Positions 9,347 through 20,670 of a stretch of 64,000 bases of DNA are shown in pieces. Source of the DNA: an uncultured delta proteobacterium. Its GTDB lineage: Bacteria; Desulfobacterota; Binatia; UBA9968. The stretch covers positions 108,235-172,234 of the forward strand of contig CAWJBB010000087.1 of assembly GCA_963840855.1 (NCBI GenBank), written 5' to 3'. Each line of letters begins with the position of its first letter. Position 1 is the stretch's first letter. The notes under the pieces were generated by a model. It was not told where the DNA came from, did not search any database, and worked only from the letters and a program-made list of their open reading frames with translations. The position numbers were made by a program, and so were the translations under genes.

Positions 9347-10812
9347 TCAGTAATGCTCGCATCATTCCATTTACTTACCAGGCTGAGGGAACTAAGTTCC
9401 TTATATCGCGACCCGCCGCGGCTCTATTCGACGAGCAGGGGCTGGGCAAGAGCAAACAGCTCATCGACGCAGTTGCTCAAGAGGTTATGGCCGGAACCTT
9501 AGACGGTGCCCTCATCGTCTGCCCTAACACGCTGAAATCAAACTGGGCGAAAGAGATTGGACGATACTCAGCGCTTCCGTATGCCGTCTTCGGCAGTGGC
9601 AAAACGGCCCGAAGGCTGGCTTTCTCAAAATTGACAGCGACTTTCTACATCGTGAACTATGAGGCCGTTGTTCGCGAGGTCGTCTCGCTTCGATCGCTCC
9701 TTCGATTCAAGCGATTGGCGCTGGTCTTAGACGAGAGTCATAGGATCAAAACTCCGAACGCGCGAGTCACCAGGGCAGTCCATCGACTAAGCAGTCATGC
9801 CGCAAAGCGAGTAATCATGACCGGAACCCCGGTGGCCAACAAGCCGGAGGACCTTTGGAGCCAGTTATTTTTTCTCGATGGTGGCGGCGCGCTAGCAACC
9901 AATTTCGACGAGTTTCGGGGCCGTTATTGCTCCTCGTCCGGCGGTTACATAAATATTGATGAACTCCGAATTCGGCTATTACCGCTCGTGTTAAGACGGC
10001 TTAAGATTGATACCCTTGATCTTCCGCCCAAATACGTTTTTCCGGTTCCGGTGCTATTACAAGGCCGTCAGGCGGAGCTTTACAACCGCATGCGCCAAGA
10101 TCTTTACCTCTGGGTCCAGAGTCTCTCGGGGGAAAAGGTGCTAGCTAATGCTGAAAACATACTCGTTCGGCTACTGCGGCTCGTGCAACTCGCCGCAAAC
10201 CCCAAGCTCCTAGATTCGTCATATCAAGAAACACCGGCTAAGGTCCAGGCGCTAGATCAACTTATCGGGCAGATTATGGGGCAATCGTCCAACCAAAAAG
10301 CAATCGTGTGGACTTCTTTCCTCGGTAATATTCCAACGCTTTGTGATCGATATGCGCAGTTCGAACCAGTGCCATTCCATGGTGAGATGGACAATAGACA
10401 ACGTGATTTAGCTATTGACGCTTTTTACTCTAACCCGCGTGTACGCCTCTTTATTGGCAATCCCGCCGCGGGCCGGGAGGGACTTACGCTTACCTCTGCG
10501 AGCGTGGCGATTTACTTTGATCGATCATTCAACTTGGTGGATTATTTACAGTCACAGGACCGGATTCATCGACTCTCTCAAACCGAAGTATGCCAGATTT
10601 ATCTGCTTATCGCCGAGAACACGGTCGACGAGTTTATTGAGTTCGTGTTAGCCCAGAAGCATCGTCTTGCTCGCTATGTCCAACACGATAGCGATTCCAT
10701 CAATAGGGCTGACCTCACGCTAGCTCGGCCTAATGTATTGCGTGCTCTGCTCGACCGATTAATGGTTAAAAGCGACGGAAATGGATTGAGAAGACTCTAC
10801 AAAAGAAAATGA
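9343..10812 (+). CDS. SNF2-family SF2 ATPase/helicase (core only)
   Basis: DEQGLGKS, IVCP, LDESH, TGTP, EGLTL, QSQDRIHR. Confidence 0.9.
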   Translation: MISNARIIPFTYQAEGTKFLISRPAAALFDEQGLGKSKQLIDAVAQEVMAGTLDGALIVCPNTLKSNWAKEIGRYSALPYAVFGSGKTARRLAFSKLTATFYIVNYEAVVREVVSLRSLLRFKRLALVLDESHRIKTPNARVTRAVHRLSSHAAKRVIMTGTPVANKPEDLWSQLFFLDGGGALATNFDEFRGRYCSSSGGYINIDELRIRLLPLVLRRLKIDTLDLPPKYVFPVPVLLQGRQAELYNRMRQDLYLWVQSLSGEKVLANAENILVRLLRLVQLAANPKLLDSSYQETPAKVQALDQLIGQIMGQSSNQKAIVWTSFLGNIPTLCDRYAQFEPVPFHGEMDNRQRDLAIDAFYSNPRVRLFIGNPAAGREGLTLTSASVAIYFDRSFNLVDYLQSQDRIHRLSQTEVCQIYLLIAENTVDEFIEFVLAQKHRLARYVQHDSDSINRADLTLARPNVLRALLDRLMVKSDGNGLRRLYKRK

Positions 10813-10858
10813 CAATCGGCGATTACAGTGCGCAGATAAACCACCTTCGATGGGTTTG

Positions 10859-12423
10859 TCATTTCGCCCGAAGGAGTCTTAGGATTTTGCTTACATAATC
10901 ATGGGCAACCGAGGTATCACTGATCACCTCATACATGGCCGAGAATACTTCGTTGTAAGCCTTTTTCTTCGCTGGCGCCAGGCGTTTAAACAGGATGCCC
11001 TTTGTCTTCTCGGACGCTCGGTCCACTTTTCGCCGTAAGTCAAAAACTCGTTTGAGTACCGTATCTCGTTCCCCATTTTGCGGCCAATGCTTTTCTATTT
11101 TCGCCTGCTGCTTGCTGATTAATTCGCGAAGTGTGTCTACATGCTTTTGCCGAAAGGGAAAATCGTAAGGCATAGAGCGAACCGTATCGAGATCATTTTC
11201 GATCTTCTGTAGGTTCTGCATAGTCGCCTTAATCGAATTTCTAGTTCCGGAACAAGCTCTGCAGGTACGGGATAGCTGAGTCGCGATTTTGGAGATGTGC
11301 GACTGGAAATTTACATAGTGGACGCTATGTTCGAAATTGTCTCTGCGACCGTTCGGAAGAATATTTTTATTCACGATATGAAACTCGCCGACACACCAAC
11401 TATCGAATCGAGGCTCAGCGAACAGCGATGCTACGATATCATTTTCTCCGACCTGAATGTTCCCTAGCCGCAGTCGTAATCCCCCGAAATTTAGTTTCTT
11501 CGGGAGAGCACCGGATAAGCATCGTGCAACACCCACCCAACGGCATCGAGCCCATCGACTCCTGGAATTCGAAGAACTCAATTTTGAGAAATTATCGTTC
11601 AGAATAGGCGTTCGTGCAAAGGCGTTTGATGCGGTCGCTGCACGGATATGTTCCCATTTATGGTTAGCTCAATTCCTTCTCCTACTCCGTGCTTATGGAG
11701 AAGTTCGTCGATTCTGTAACCGTAATCGAAGTTTGTCGAAATTTCACAGGGGCTACTTGTGATAGATACTCGAAGACGGCGTCTGAATTAAGCAGCACAT
11801 AATTTGATTAAAGAACTTTACGAAGCTGGATTCAAAAAATATGCATATCGCCAAAGACCATGGCAGAAGCAGTACCGCATGACGATTTCTCCGGACTGCA
11901 ACTTGGATACGTGCGCTGGCCACTCTGAGTTTCAGAAGATCCCTTGGCTTCCGTCCACTGCAGATCACTTCAGTCACAGGCTCGCGTGCTTCGGCACGCC
12001 CGCGAACGCGATCCTGACAATAACCCCCGCCCTGCCAGGCGGCCTCCTGCCCGCGAAAGCCGCGGCCTTCCCGGTTGCTGTAGGGCCTATGGCTAGGAGG
12101 CGCTGTACGGAATGGTGTGACAAGATGGAATGGAAGCGCCGTTGTCACGGATGCTGATTGTTTACTGCGGCAGTCTCAATGTGAACGTCGACACGTATAC
12201 TCTTGGTTTCCAGCAAAAATGGCGTTTCCGCGCGCTTCATCGATGGCGTCCGTAGCATTTTGTATGTCTCACAATAATCGTTGAGCAGGTCAACAAGTAG
12301 GTCGCCTGCGTAAGAAGTTCAAGAGAGGAGTAGTGTCCTACAAGGGCATCGTCCTTAGTCGAGGTACTGCTCACACCCTTCCTGAGAAGGGACAGCCTTG
12401 AACGGCGGGTCGGAGACTGTCAT
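10859..12423 (-). CDS. GHKL (HSP90/MutL/MORC-like) ATPase, 5' half heavily frameshifted
   Basis: Minus-strand fragments QNATDAIDEA, ISIRDNG, RGFRG..RLAG.GYCQ; C-terminal LRLRLGNIQVG, PRFDSWCVGEFHI, LPNGRRDNFE; GGAGG + ATG at 12423. Confidence 0.7.
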
Positions 12424-14031
12424 GCAGCCTCCGTCGAACCAGCATCTTGGACTCGTTTGATCGTCCGGTATGGAGTAGTCGGATTTCTGTTTTAGCTTGA
12501 GCGATGCTCGCGGCATATCGACCAGATTTCTTGCTCTTTTTTCCTCTGGCAGCGGTACATAGAATTCAAGGATTGAAGCGGTTTGCGCTTTGCTTTATGT
12601 AAGATTTCTTGACGGAACCAGAACTGGCTGAGCTCACAGGAGGTGGAAGGACAATTAATCCCGCTCTTTCACCATGGCTTGGTCTTTAAAAAACTATTAG
12701 GCCAAGTGATTCGGCAAACCGGCCACACCGGCAGAGCTCTTCATACCAGACCCTATTGAAGATGGAATCCTACAGTCGGGATGACACGGCGCTCAAAATG
12801 TTGTGCAGAATCACAAACACACGCTTGAAGAATGAAGGTGCACCGCTAACGATTCAGTCAGTCGCTTTACGAAGTATGCAGTCTGCATCAATCTCAGAAA
12901 ATATATGTTCCAATTCGGTCCGACATAGGATACGGTCCTTTTGATTTCGTTCGTTGGTAACGCATCGGAAACAAAAAATTATTATGTACCAATTCTTCGT
13001 TAAGGTCAATATTTCGCCACATTCAGGTGATACAGATCGCTTGTGGAATCATGGAAATTGTGAGCGTGTAATTTGACAGTACGCAGAGACCGATTTCATG
13101 GGCATCACAAATACCCTCAGTTTAGTACGGCTTACGTAAACCGATGTCATAGAAGGCAAATTATCACGGATCAATGTCAAATCTTGCTCATTTCGCGTAA
13201 ATACATCGGATCTTTGCATAGAATCCGAGCATCAACACCTTGGTTAAAATCTACTCGGCGCTGGACAGGGACTCGACTAGGACGCGTCAGCTTGGCACCA
13301 GGCGTGAACCCTAGATCACGTATTTCGGCGATGATGTTCTTAAAATTGGGCGAGGCCACAATGTTATTGTCCATGAGTGTGAGGTCTTTTTTCGGTCCAT
13401 ACCGCTCGTCAATACCTCTTACGATGCTAATGATCGAGGTTACATCGCGCTGATCGCCTTCGAGCTTCGGCACCCCGCAAAAATGGCATTTTCGTACGCA
13501 CCCACGGGACGCGTATGCGAAGTACGCGTCGTGAACTGGATACACGTACTCAGTCTTGATCTGATCAAGAATTGAGTAATCCGGAACTAAATCCTCGATC
13601 GGAGTTCCCGTGCAGTCGTCTGAATAGAACTCTTCCGCGAAGTCATCTAACTGCAATGCGATTGCTGGTGGTTCAGAAAGAAGGCCTTTGATAAAACGCA
13701 CACCGCTCCACTTAGACTCTTCCACAAATGACTCATGCATTAGTGAAGCAGCGATGCCGCCTACAAAAACCTTGCTTGGTTGGTTCTGAGACGCGGTAAT
13801 CGCAAAGTCGATGGAGCGGGAAATAGTTTTCCATTCGAAGGAGAAAAGGGTCGTCACGTAGATTCGATCCCAGACGATCTCGAATATCGTTTTGTCTTCC
13901 TCTCCCTTAATAAACCGAACATTATCCTTGTTTCCCCATGGCCCATGGTAAGCGGCCAGCTTCATTAGACCTAAAGGCGGGTACTTGTTTTTGTACCCCG
14001 GCTCAATCAAGAGTATGTTCTTTTTAGACAT
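12420..14031 (-). CDS. Radical SAM enzyme with B12-binding-like N-terminus (3' half frameshifted)
   Basis: ILLIEP..KNKYPPLGLMKLA; SRGCVRKCHFC (CxxxCxxC); DFNQGVDAR; downstream fragments FPMRYQ, VSGAPSFFKRVF, IFNRVWYEE; ATGA overlap with the GHKL gene. Confidence 0.8.
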
Positions 14032-14244
14032 CGTTTATCATTGTGCTCGCGGCCGGGTCTGGCTTTTTTAACCAGTCGTCCTTTTGATGGTTGGCCAATT
14101 AAGAGGCCGGCTCACCAAGACGGAAGTAGCGGTTGGCTCCGTGCTCTAAATCTGGATTTGACGGTTAAAGCCGAGAGTGGGCTGAATTTACCACAAAAGC
14201 TCGTTCTGCGGAACCTTTTTTCCTCTGTAACAGGGTGATTTTCT

Positions 14245-14480
14245 TTATATTGTTCAAACGGTATCCCCGTCTTCCGCGAGAGATGAACAAGTCATCCACC
14301 AGCGGCTTGATCAATGGACTGCCTTCTCTGCTGCTGCTCGCCTCTGCTTCTCGCTCAGGATCGCCGGGGTTGAGGGGACCGTCGGCGCCGGGGCGGGTTG
14401 GTATTGCGAAATGACGCGGCTCCAGTCGTCGAATCGTTTTCGGAATCTGTCGTTGTTCGATGGAGCCAGCGACCGGCAGG
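14245..14480 (-). pseudogene. Degenerate 3' remnant of an Ldh_2-family dehydrogenase
   Basis: Fragments DDW..FRNT, PAPGADGPL.PGDPEREAEA, PLIKPLVDDL, ISRKTGIPFE match the C-terminus of 45986-47098. Confidence 0.7.
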
Positions 14481-15003
14481 GACGCTGACTGACAGCTGGT
14501 TACCGCAGGGGCGGATGAGCCGAGCAGATTGCAGTCTTAAGGATGTGTACCTATTGTCACTTGATTGCGTGTGAGGCAATTTGGATGCAACGAGATACAA
14601 TCGTGCTTCGCCGTTGACCCGGAGCAGGAGGCTTTATTCATTTCCGGATTTGGTTATGACGGTCATGCGGTGTGACTCTTGTGCATTCTATTTTCCAGAA
14701 ATGCCTCGGAAGGGGATTTATTCTAGTATACAATGCAACCGCGAAGATCCAGCTCGGCGGCAGGACGCCCAGCTGCTGGCTTACCTTTTATTGCCTAAGT
14801 CGCGCACCGTATGAACGGGTGACGTTACCAGGCCATTCCAAATCACACTCGATTAATTCGCCCATTTTGGTTTTTTTGGACCTGTTTTGGTCGATGAAGT
14901 CTGGAAGGCGGGAATTTTACACGTCCCCAGTGCTGGTGTATTGTGGGTGTTGGATTTGGGAGGCCAGCTCAGTTCCAAGGCTGGATGAATAGGAGAGAAG
15001 CCG

Positions 15004-15246
15004 ATGGCAGAAAAAATGGAAATTGTGCGAGCCCTCCAAGGTTTGCCAAAGGATGCCCTGATAGAGGTCAAGGAGTTCATCACTTCCCTGAAAAAATGCA
15101 GAGGCAAAAGACGTGCTGCCGATCGTAACGGAGATACTTTGGCCAAAAAACAACTCTCTGTGATCAAGAAGTGGGCTGGGACCAGTCTAAAGGCAGGGTT
15201 TTCAGGGAGAGATCATGACACCGTCCTGTATAAGGATAATACGTGA
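15004..15246 (+). CDS. Putative antitoxin
   Basis: 80-aa ORF overlapping a PIN gene (GTGA); C-terminal S.R.HD.VLY motif. Confidence 0.7.
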   Translation: MAEKMEIVRALQGLPKDALIEVKEFITSLKKCRGKRRAADRNGDTLAKKQLSVIKKWAGTSLKAGFSGRDHDTVLYKDNT

Positions 15247-15659
15247 TCTTCGTCGACACTGGCGCGTGGTTTGCCGTCGCGGTCCGTAATGACCCAGATC
15301 ACAGCGCCGCCATGAAATGGCTGCAAAGAAATCGCGAGCCATTGGTTACCACGGACTATATTTTAGCGGAAACGGCGACGCTGATTCGGATGCGGGACAA
15401 AACGGCGCGCGGTCACCGATTGGCTGTGCGAATTGCGACTTCCATACTCAGAGAAGAATCCGCGATCTTTCAAAAGATTACCGAAACAGATCTTCACAAA
15501 GCTTTGCAGATATTTCGAGACTATTCCGAGCACTTATTCAGTTTTGTTGACTGCACAAGCTTTACAGTAATGGACAGGCTTGGCATCACTCACGCGTTCG
15601 CTTTTGATCGCCACTTTGACGAGTATCCCGGACTCCTCAAGCTGCCTCTAAAAGAATAA
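15243..15659 (+). CDS. vapC: PIN-domain toxin
   Basis: IFVDTGAW, TTDYILAET, SFVDCTSF, AFAFDRHF. Confidence 0.9.
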   Translation: MIFVDTGAWFAVAVRNDPDHSAAMKWLQRNREPLVTTDYILAETATLIRMRDKTARGHRLAVRIATSILREESAIFQKITETDLHKALQIFRDYSEHLFSFVDCTSFTVMDRLGITHAFAFDRHFDEYPGLLKLPLKE

Positions 15660-15699
15660 GCTTCCTCGCGACGTAGGGGATTCATTAGGAGCGCGGACG

Positions 15700-15950
15700 A
15701 CTTGTGCCGATAACCTGATCGCCGAGGAGAATCGATCTCATCCTCGCGACCCATGCTTGGTTCGAGCTGGAAGAGGCTATTGATAGCCTTTCCCGCGTCC
15801 TCACCGCCGGTGGGATTGATCTCTAAACTGGATTTTTTAGCGTCGGCTAGAAACTCCGGATCCTTCATGGTCTCCATGAAAGATGTTTGGAGAATTTTTA
15901 CGCGCTCTTTCGGGGTGCCCGGCGGAACCGCGTATAAACCCGCACCCCAA
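15700..15950 (-). pseudogene. 3' remnant of a TctC/Bug-type substrate-binding protein
   Basis: YAVPPGTPKERVKIL..F.ETMKDPEFLADAKK; truncated at the start of the 15951 repeat. Confidence 0.7.
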
Positions 15951-16174
15951 CGAGGCATGTGATGCCGGAGAGCAAACGAAAGAAGCGACGAAGATCCAAA
16001 AACGCGGAAGATGCAGGAAGCGTCCCGTAAGATGGACGCATTGGCGGAGAAGTTGGGAAAGTCGGATCCTCAGGCAACTATCCGGAAATTTCGGGACACC
16101 AACTTGAAAGGTGACCGGCTGATAGCTCAGCAATGAACGAGCCCATCGTCAATCGATCCAACCGAGGGTGACCG
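15951..16174 (+). repeat. Direct repeat copy 2, carrying a second mini-antitoxin (15962-16136, one extra base)
   Basis: Encodes RKMQEASRKMDALAEKLGKSDPQATIRKFRDTNLKGD, identical to copy 1 over this stretch. Confidence 0.9.
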
Positions 16175-16401
16175 CCGCATCGATTGGGGCGTGCTGTCAG
16201 ACTTAGCGTCAGCGTAGACATTTGCGACGCAAAGGTCGGAACTATCCAGACGAAAAACCCTCGCTGAGTCCGCTTCGTGCGATTGCCTGGAGATCAAACA
16301 CCCTTATCAACAAGGACCTGTTACCCCAAACACCTTTATTTTTTTGCTGACCTTTGTTATTGTCATCGCCAATGTGGCGATGCCTCGGATGAACTGATCA
16401 T

Positions 16402-18545
16402 ATGACGCTGGACACCTTGAAAGACATCGAGAAGCTCGAAGGGGATCTGTGGGACGCCGCGGATGAATTGCGCGCGAACTCAAAGCTCACCGCAAACGAG
16501 TACTGCATGCCTTTGCTTAGGCGTCATCTTCTTTGCGACACGCCGCCAATCGATACAACGAAGCGCTGCGGACAGATTGAGGCGATTCAGGCCGCCGGGA
16601 AGATGCCGAAACGTCCTCTCTAAAAATCGCGGACTTCAAAAAACGCAGGCGGGCAATGATGCTGCCGAAGGAAGCGCGCTACGAAGAACTGCTCGCTCTG
16701 CCGAAGGGCTCCGATGTTGGGGTGCCAGCCGACTCGTAGCGGCGATGGAAGCCATTGAAAGCGCAAGAACATCGAGAGCGGACTAAGGAACAGCTCCCAA
16801 GGATTACGAAAGTTTGAGAACGAGGTGCTGGAAGACCTGCTCCGCGTTTTCGACAGCGAGCTGCTCCGCACCGCCAGCGGCGACGTGTTCGGCCGCATCT
16901 ACGAATACTTCCTGATGAAGTTCGCCGATGCAGGGCGCGCAGGACAATGGCGAGTTCTTCACGCCGCCCTCGCTCGTGCAGATGATCGTCAACGTCATCG
17001 AGCCGGACCACGGCATCGTCTTCGACCCCGCGTGCGGCTCGGGCGGCATGTTCGTGCAGACCAGCCACTTCATCGAGCACGCGGCCAGAGACACCGCGCA
17101 GCGGGTGACCTTCTACGGGCAGGAGAAGAACCGCGACCACTATCCGCCTGGCCAAGATGAACCTCGCCGTCCACGGGCTGGAGGGCGACATCGGCGAAGG
17201 CCAACACCTACTACGAAGACCCGCACGAACTCTTCGGCAAGTGCGACTTCGTCATGGCCAATCCGCCGTTCAACGTGGACAAGGTGGACGCCGAGCAAGG
17301 TGAAGAACGACCGCCGTCTGCCGTTCGGCCTGCCGGGCGTGAACAAGGAGAAGAAAGTCTCCAACGGCAACTACCTCTGGATTTCCTACTTCTACAGCTA
17401 CCTGAACGAGAAGGGCCGCGCCGGTTTCGTCATGTCGTCGCAGGCCAGTCAGCGCCGGGCACGGCGAGGCCGAGGTGCGCCGCAAGATGGTCGAGACCGG
17501 CGACGTGGACGTGATGATCTCCATCCGCTCCAACTTCTTCTACACCCGCACCGTGCCCTGCGAGCTGTGGCACTTCGACAAAGGCAAGCCCGCCGAGCGC
17601 CGCGACAAGGTGCTGATGCTCGATGCGCGCAACATCTACCGCAAAGTCACGCGCAAGATTTACGACTTCAGCCCCGAGCAACTGCAGAATCTCACGGCCA
17701 TCGTCTGGCTGTATCGCGGGCAGTCCGACCGATTCATCGCGCTCGTGCAGCAACACCTCGAACGCCGCTGCACCGAAGCCGCCGCCATCGCGGACAAAAC
17801 CGCAGCGTTCGAGAGCATCGCTCGTCGACTCTGCGGAGCGCCGACGACGTTCGCAAAGACCGTCGATGACCGACAGACTCGCCGTTGCGCGAAGCAGAAA
17901 GCGTCCTGTCGAGCGGCGCCGAGCTGACGCGATGCGCAAGGCGTGTTTGAAGTCGACCGACAAGATGGACTCGCCGGCATCGCCAAGGATATGGAAGAAG
18001 CCGAAGCCACTACCCAGCGACGATCGACCGAACAGCAAAACTCGCTCGCAGAGCTTCGAAGCCTCGCCGACGGGCTCCGCGACCTCGTGAAGGACGTGGA
18101 CCTGGTGTTCAAACTCGCCGCTCGCGTCGGTGGACGCGCCGCGGAGGATCACGCCAACGCGAGGACGGCGACGACTGGGACGACGTCGGCCACGAGCCGC
18201 GCCACAGGCTGAAGAAGGAACTCGAAGCGGCGCAAGGAGGCGGTCGAACAACTCAAGCACCGCCTATTTCGAGCGGCAGCCGACTGGCTGCTCTACGATT
18301 TCCCGGCGCCGAAACTGCTGGCCGTGCCCGGCCTGGTGAAGCTGGTCGACCGCGAAAGACATTGAAGCCGCCGACTGGAGTCTCACGCCGGGCCGCTACG
18401 TGGGCGTTGCGCCGCCGGAAGTGGATGAGGATTTCGATTTCGAGCAAACCCTGCGCGACATCCACGTCGAACTGGCCGACTTGAACCAGGAGGCCGCCGC
18501 GCTAGCGGCGAAGATTCAGAAGAATTCGAGGAGCTTGGTGTATGA
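16402..18545 (+). CDS. hsdM: Type I R-M methyltransferase (m6A), frameshifted
   Basis: [53 protein letters not shown]. Confidence 0.9.
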
Positions 18546-19726
18546 GTGGCGGACCTCGCAGGCGAATGGCGATCTGGCGACGTTCTTTCGTGCACATGCT
18601 CCGTATCAGCAGGCGCAGAGTATGGATGGTGATATTCCCGGTCATTTCGTCATCAAGGAATCACCGGCATACACAGATGAATTGCTGAAGGCTGCAGGAG
18701 GACCCGGGTGTCGTCATGGTCGCTACGGAACATTGGGTGAAGTATTTCCCTATCGCTACACGACTATTGGCCCCTGAACACCGCGATTGTAGTCAACGAC
18801 CTCAAAGGGAACCATCCGCAATTCGTACTGATCCATAATTTCCTGATACACGTCCTTGCCAACTCCAGAGCAGATTAAGGCGACGCGCTCCGGCAATCAA
18901 CAAGAAACGTCCAAACATGAACTTTAGCGCTGTCGACCGTCCCGTGCCGACAGCCAGATTCAAGGATGCAATCGCCGACATGCTCTCCGCCTACGACGAA
19001 TTGATAGAGACCAACCGGCGGCGGATGGAGTTGCTGGAGGAGCGGCGCGGTTGCTTTACCGGGAGTGGTTCGTCCGCCTCCGCTTCCCCGGCCACGAACA
19101 CGCCCGCATCACCAACGGCACGCCGGCGGGCTGGAGAAAAAATCACTCCGGCGCAACTGTGCGATTCTATTGATTACGGCTATACGGCCAGCGCCCAGAG
19201 AAGAAAGAAGTCGGCACCCAGAGTTTCTCCGCATTACCGATATCGTTCCGCAAGTCTATCATTGGTCTTCTGTCCCTTACTGTGAAATTCCTGACAACAA
19301 GCGGGAAAAGGTCCCTGGTTTACGAGAAGGTGAACATTGTCATCGCCAGAACTGGTGCAACGGTAGGTTATGCTAAACGGCTTCATTAAGCGTCATCCCG
19401 GAAGCTGTTTTCGCGTCTCTATTCTTTTTGGTTCGGGTTACGCCTCAAGCTCAGAAGTTTGACGACCTCATGGTTGGGATTTTTCGTTGAATCAAGAAGA
19501 CTACAAGAAATCACGTCCAGTCCAACGCACACGGGGCGGGGCAGCGTCAGCCGAAATGCAAACGCGAAGAGTGCTCTCAGGGGCTTCAAATTGTTTTTGT
19601 GTTCCACCCATCCAGCATTCAAAAGCTCTTTCGGGCTAATCTGTCGAACCAATCTTTGACCCAGCGCGAGTCTGCTGCAAATCCAAAACCAAAAGCTGCA
19701 AAGCCGCCCGCGACCTGCTGCTGCCG
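18542..19726 (+). CDS. hsdS: Type I R-M specificity subunit, heavily frameshifted
   Basis: IADMLSAYDELIETNRRRMELLEE; REWFVRLRFPGHE; FLRITDI; IARTGATVG; RDLLLP. Confidence 0.8.
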
Positions 19727-20664
19727 CAACTAATCAAGTCTCACTTCGGTGACGAATCCGAGCGCTTTATAACGATCGCGCTCCAAGTCGCTGCCCATGA
19801 GGCACAGCAGGCTCAGGTGAGTTGGCTCACGAGATCCGGCTCATCGTGGAAAGGCGCGGCAGGATAAACGTCGCAGTAATCCTCAAGTTTCCGCAAGACC
19901 TCCGTGGCTTGGTTATTTCGGAGACTCCGACGGTTCCTTTAACCGCGCTTATCGTGCCAAGAGATCTCCGAACTAGAATTGAGCGCATCATTCACGAGCA
20001 TCGCCAGCAAGAAAAGCTAAATCCCACGGACTTCACACCGTCGTAAAATTTTATTGACTGGTCCCCCAGGGACAGGCAAAACAATGACTGCTCGAGTCCT
20101 TGCTCATGAATTGCGTTTGCCGCTTTATCCATCCAGGTGGACAAACTTGTGACGAAGTTCATGGGCGAGACAAGCGCAAAGCTTCGCCAGATATTTGACT
20201 TGATTCAGGAAAAGACCGGGGTCTATTTGTTTGATGAATTCGATGCAATCGGAGGCGAACGAACGCTTGAAACTGATGTCGGCGAGATGCGCCGAGTAAT
20301 CCATTCGTTTCTCCAATTCATCGAACAGGACACGTCCGATAGCTTGATCGTTGCGGCCAGCAACAGTCCAAACTACTTGACCGAGCCTTATATCGTCGGT
20401 TTGAGACGTGCTTTACTATGACCGTCCGGCGGCAGAAGATCGCAAACGCTTTCTGCAAAATGTGTTGGGATCCTTTTTACCGCCCGATCTAAACTTAGAT
20501 CAATCATTCGTGCTAGTTCGGGACTGAGCCATGCGGAGTTTGACAAGGCCTGCCGTGATGCAATTAAGCACGCAATCCTGTCGGAGAGGCAAACGGTTAC
20601 CACACAATTGCTTCTCCAGATGGTGAAGGAGCGCCGGGCTGCTCACCAGGGACGGCAACGATAA
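19727..20664 (+). CDS. AAA+ ATPase, IetA-like, copy 1
   Basis: LIKSH..F..IALQVAAHE; GPPGTGKT; KFMGETS; LFDEFDAIG; DVGEMRR. Confidence 0.85.
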
Positions 20665-20670
20665 TCCCGC

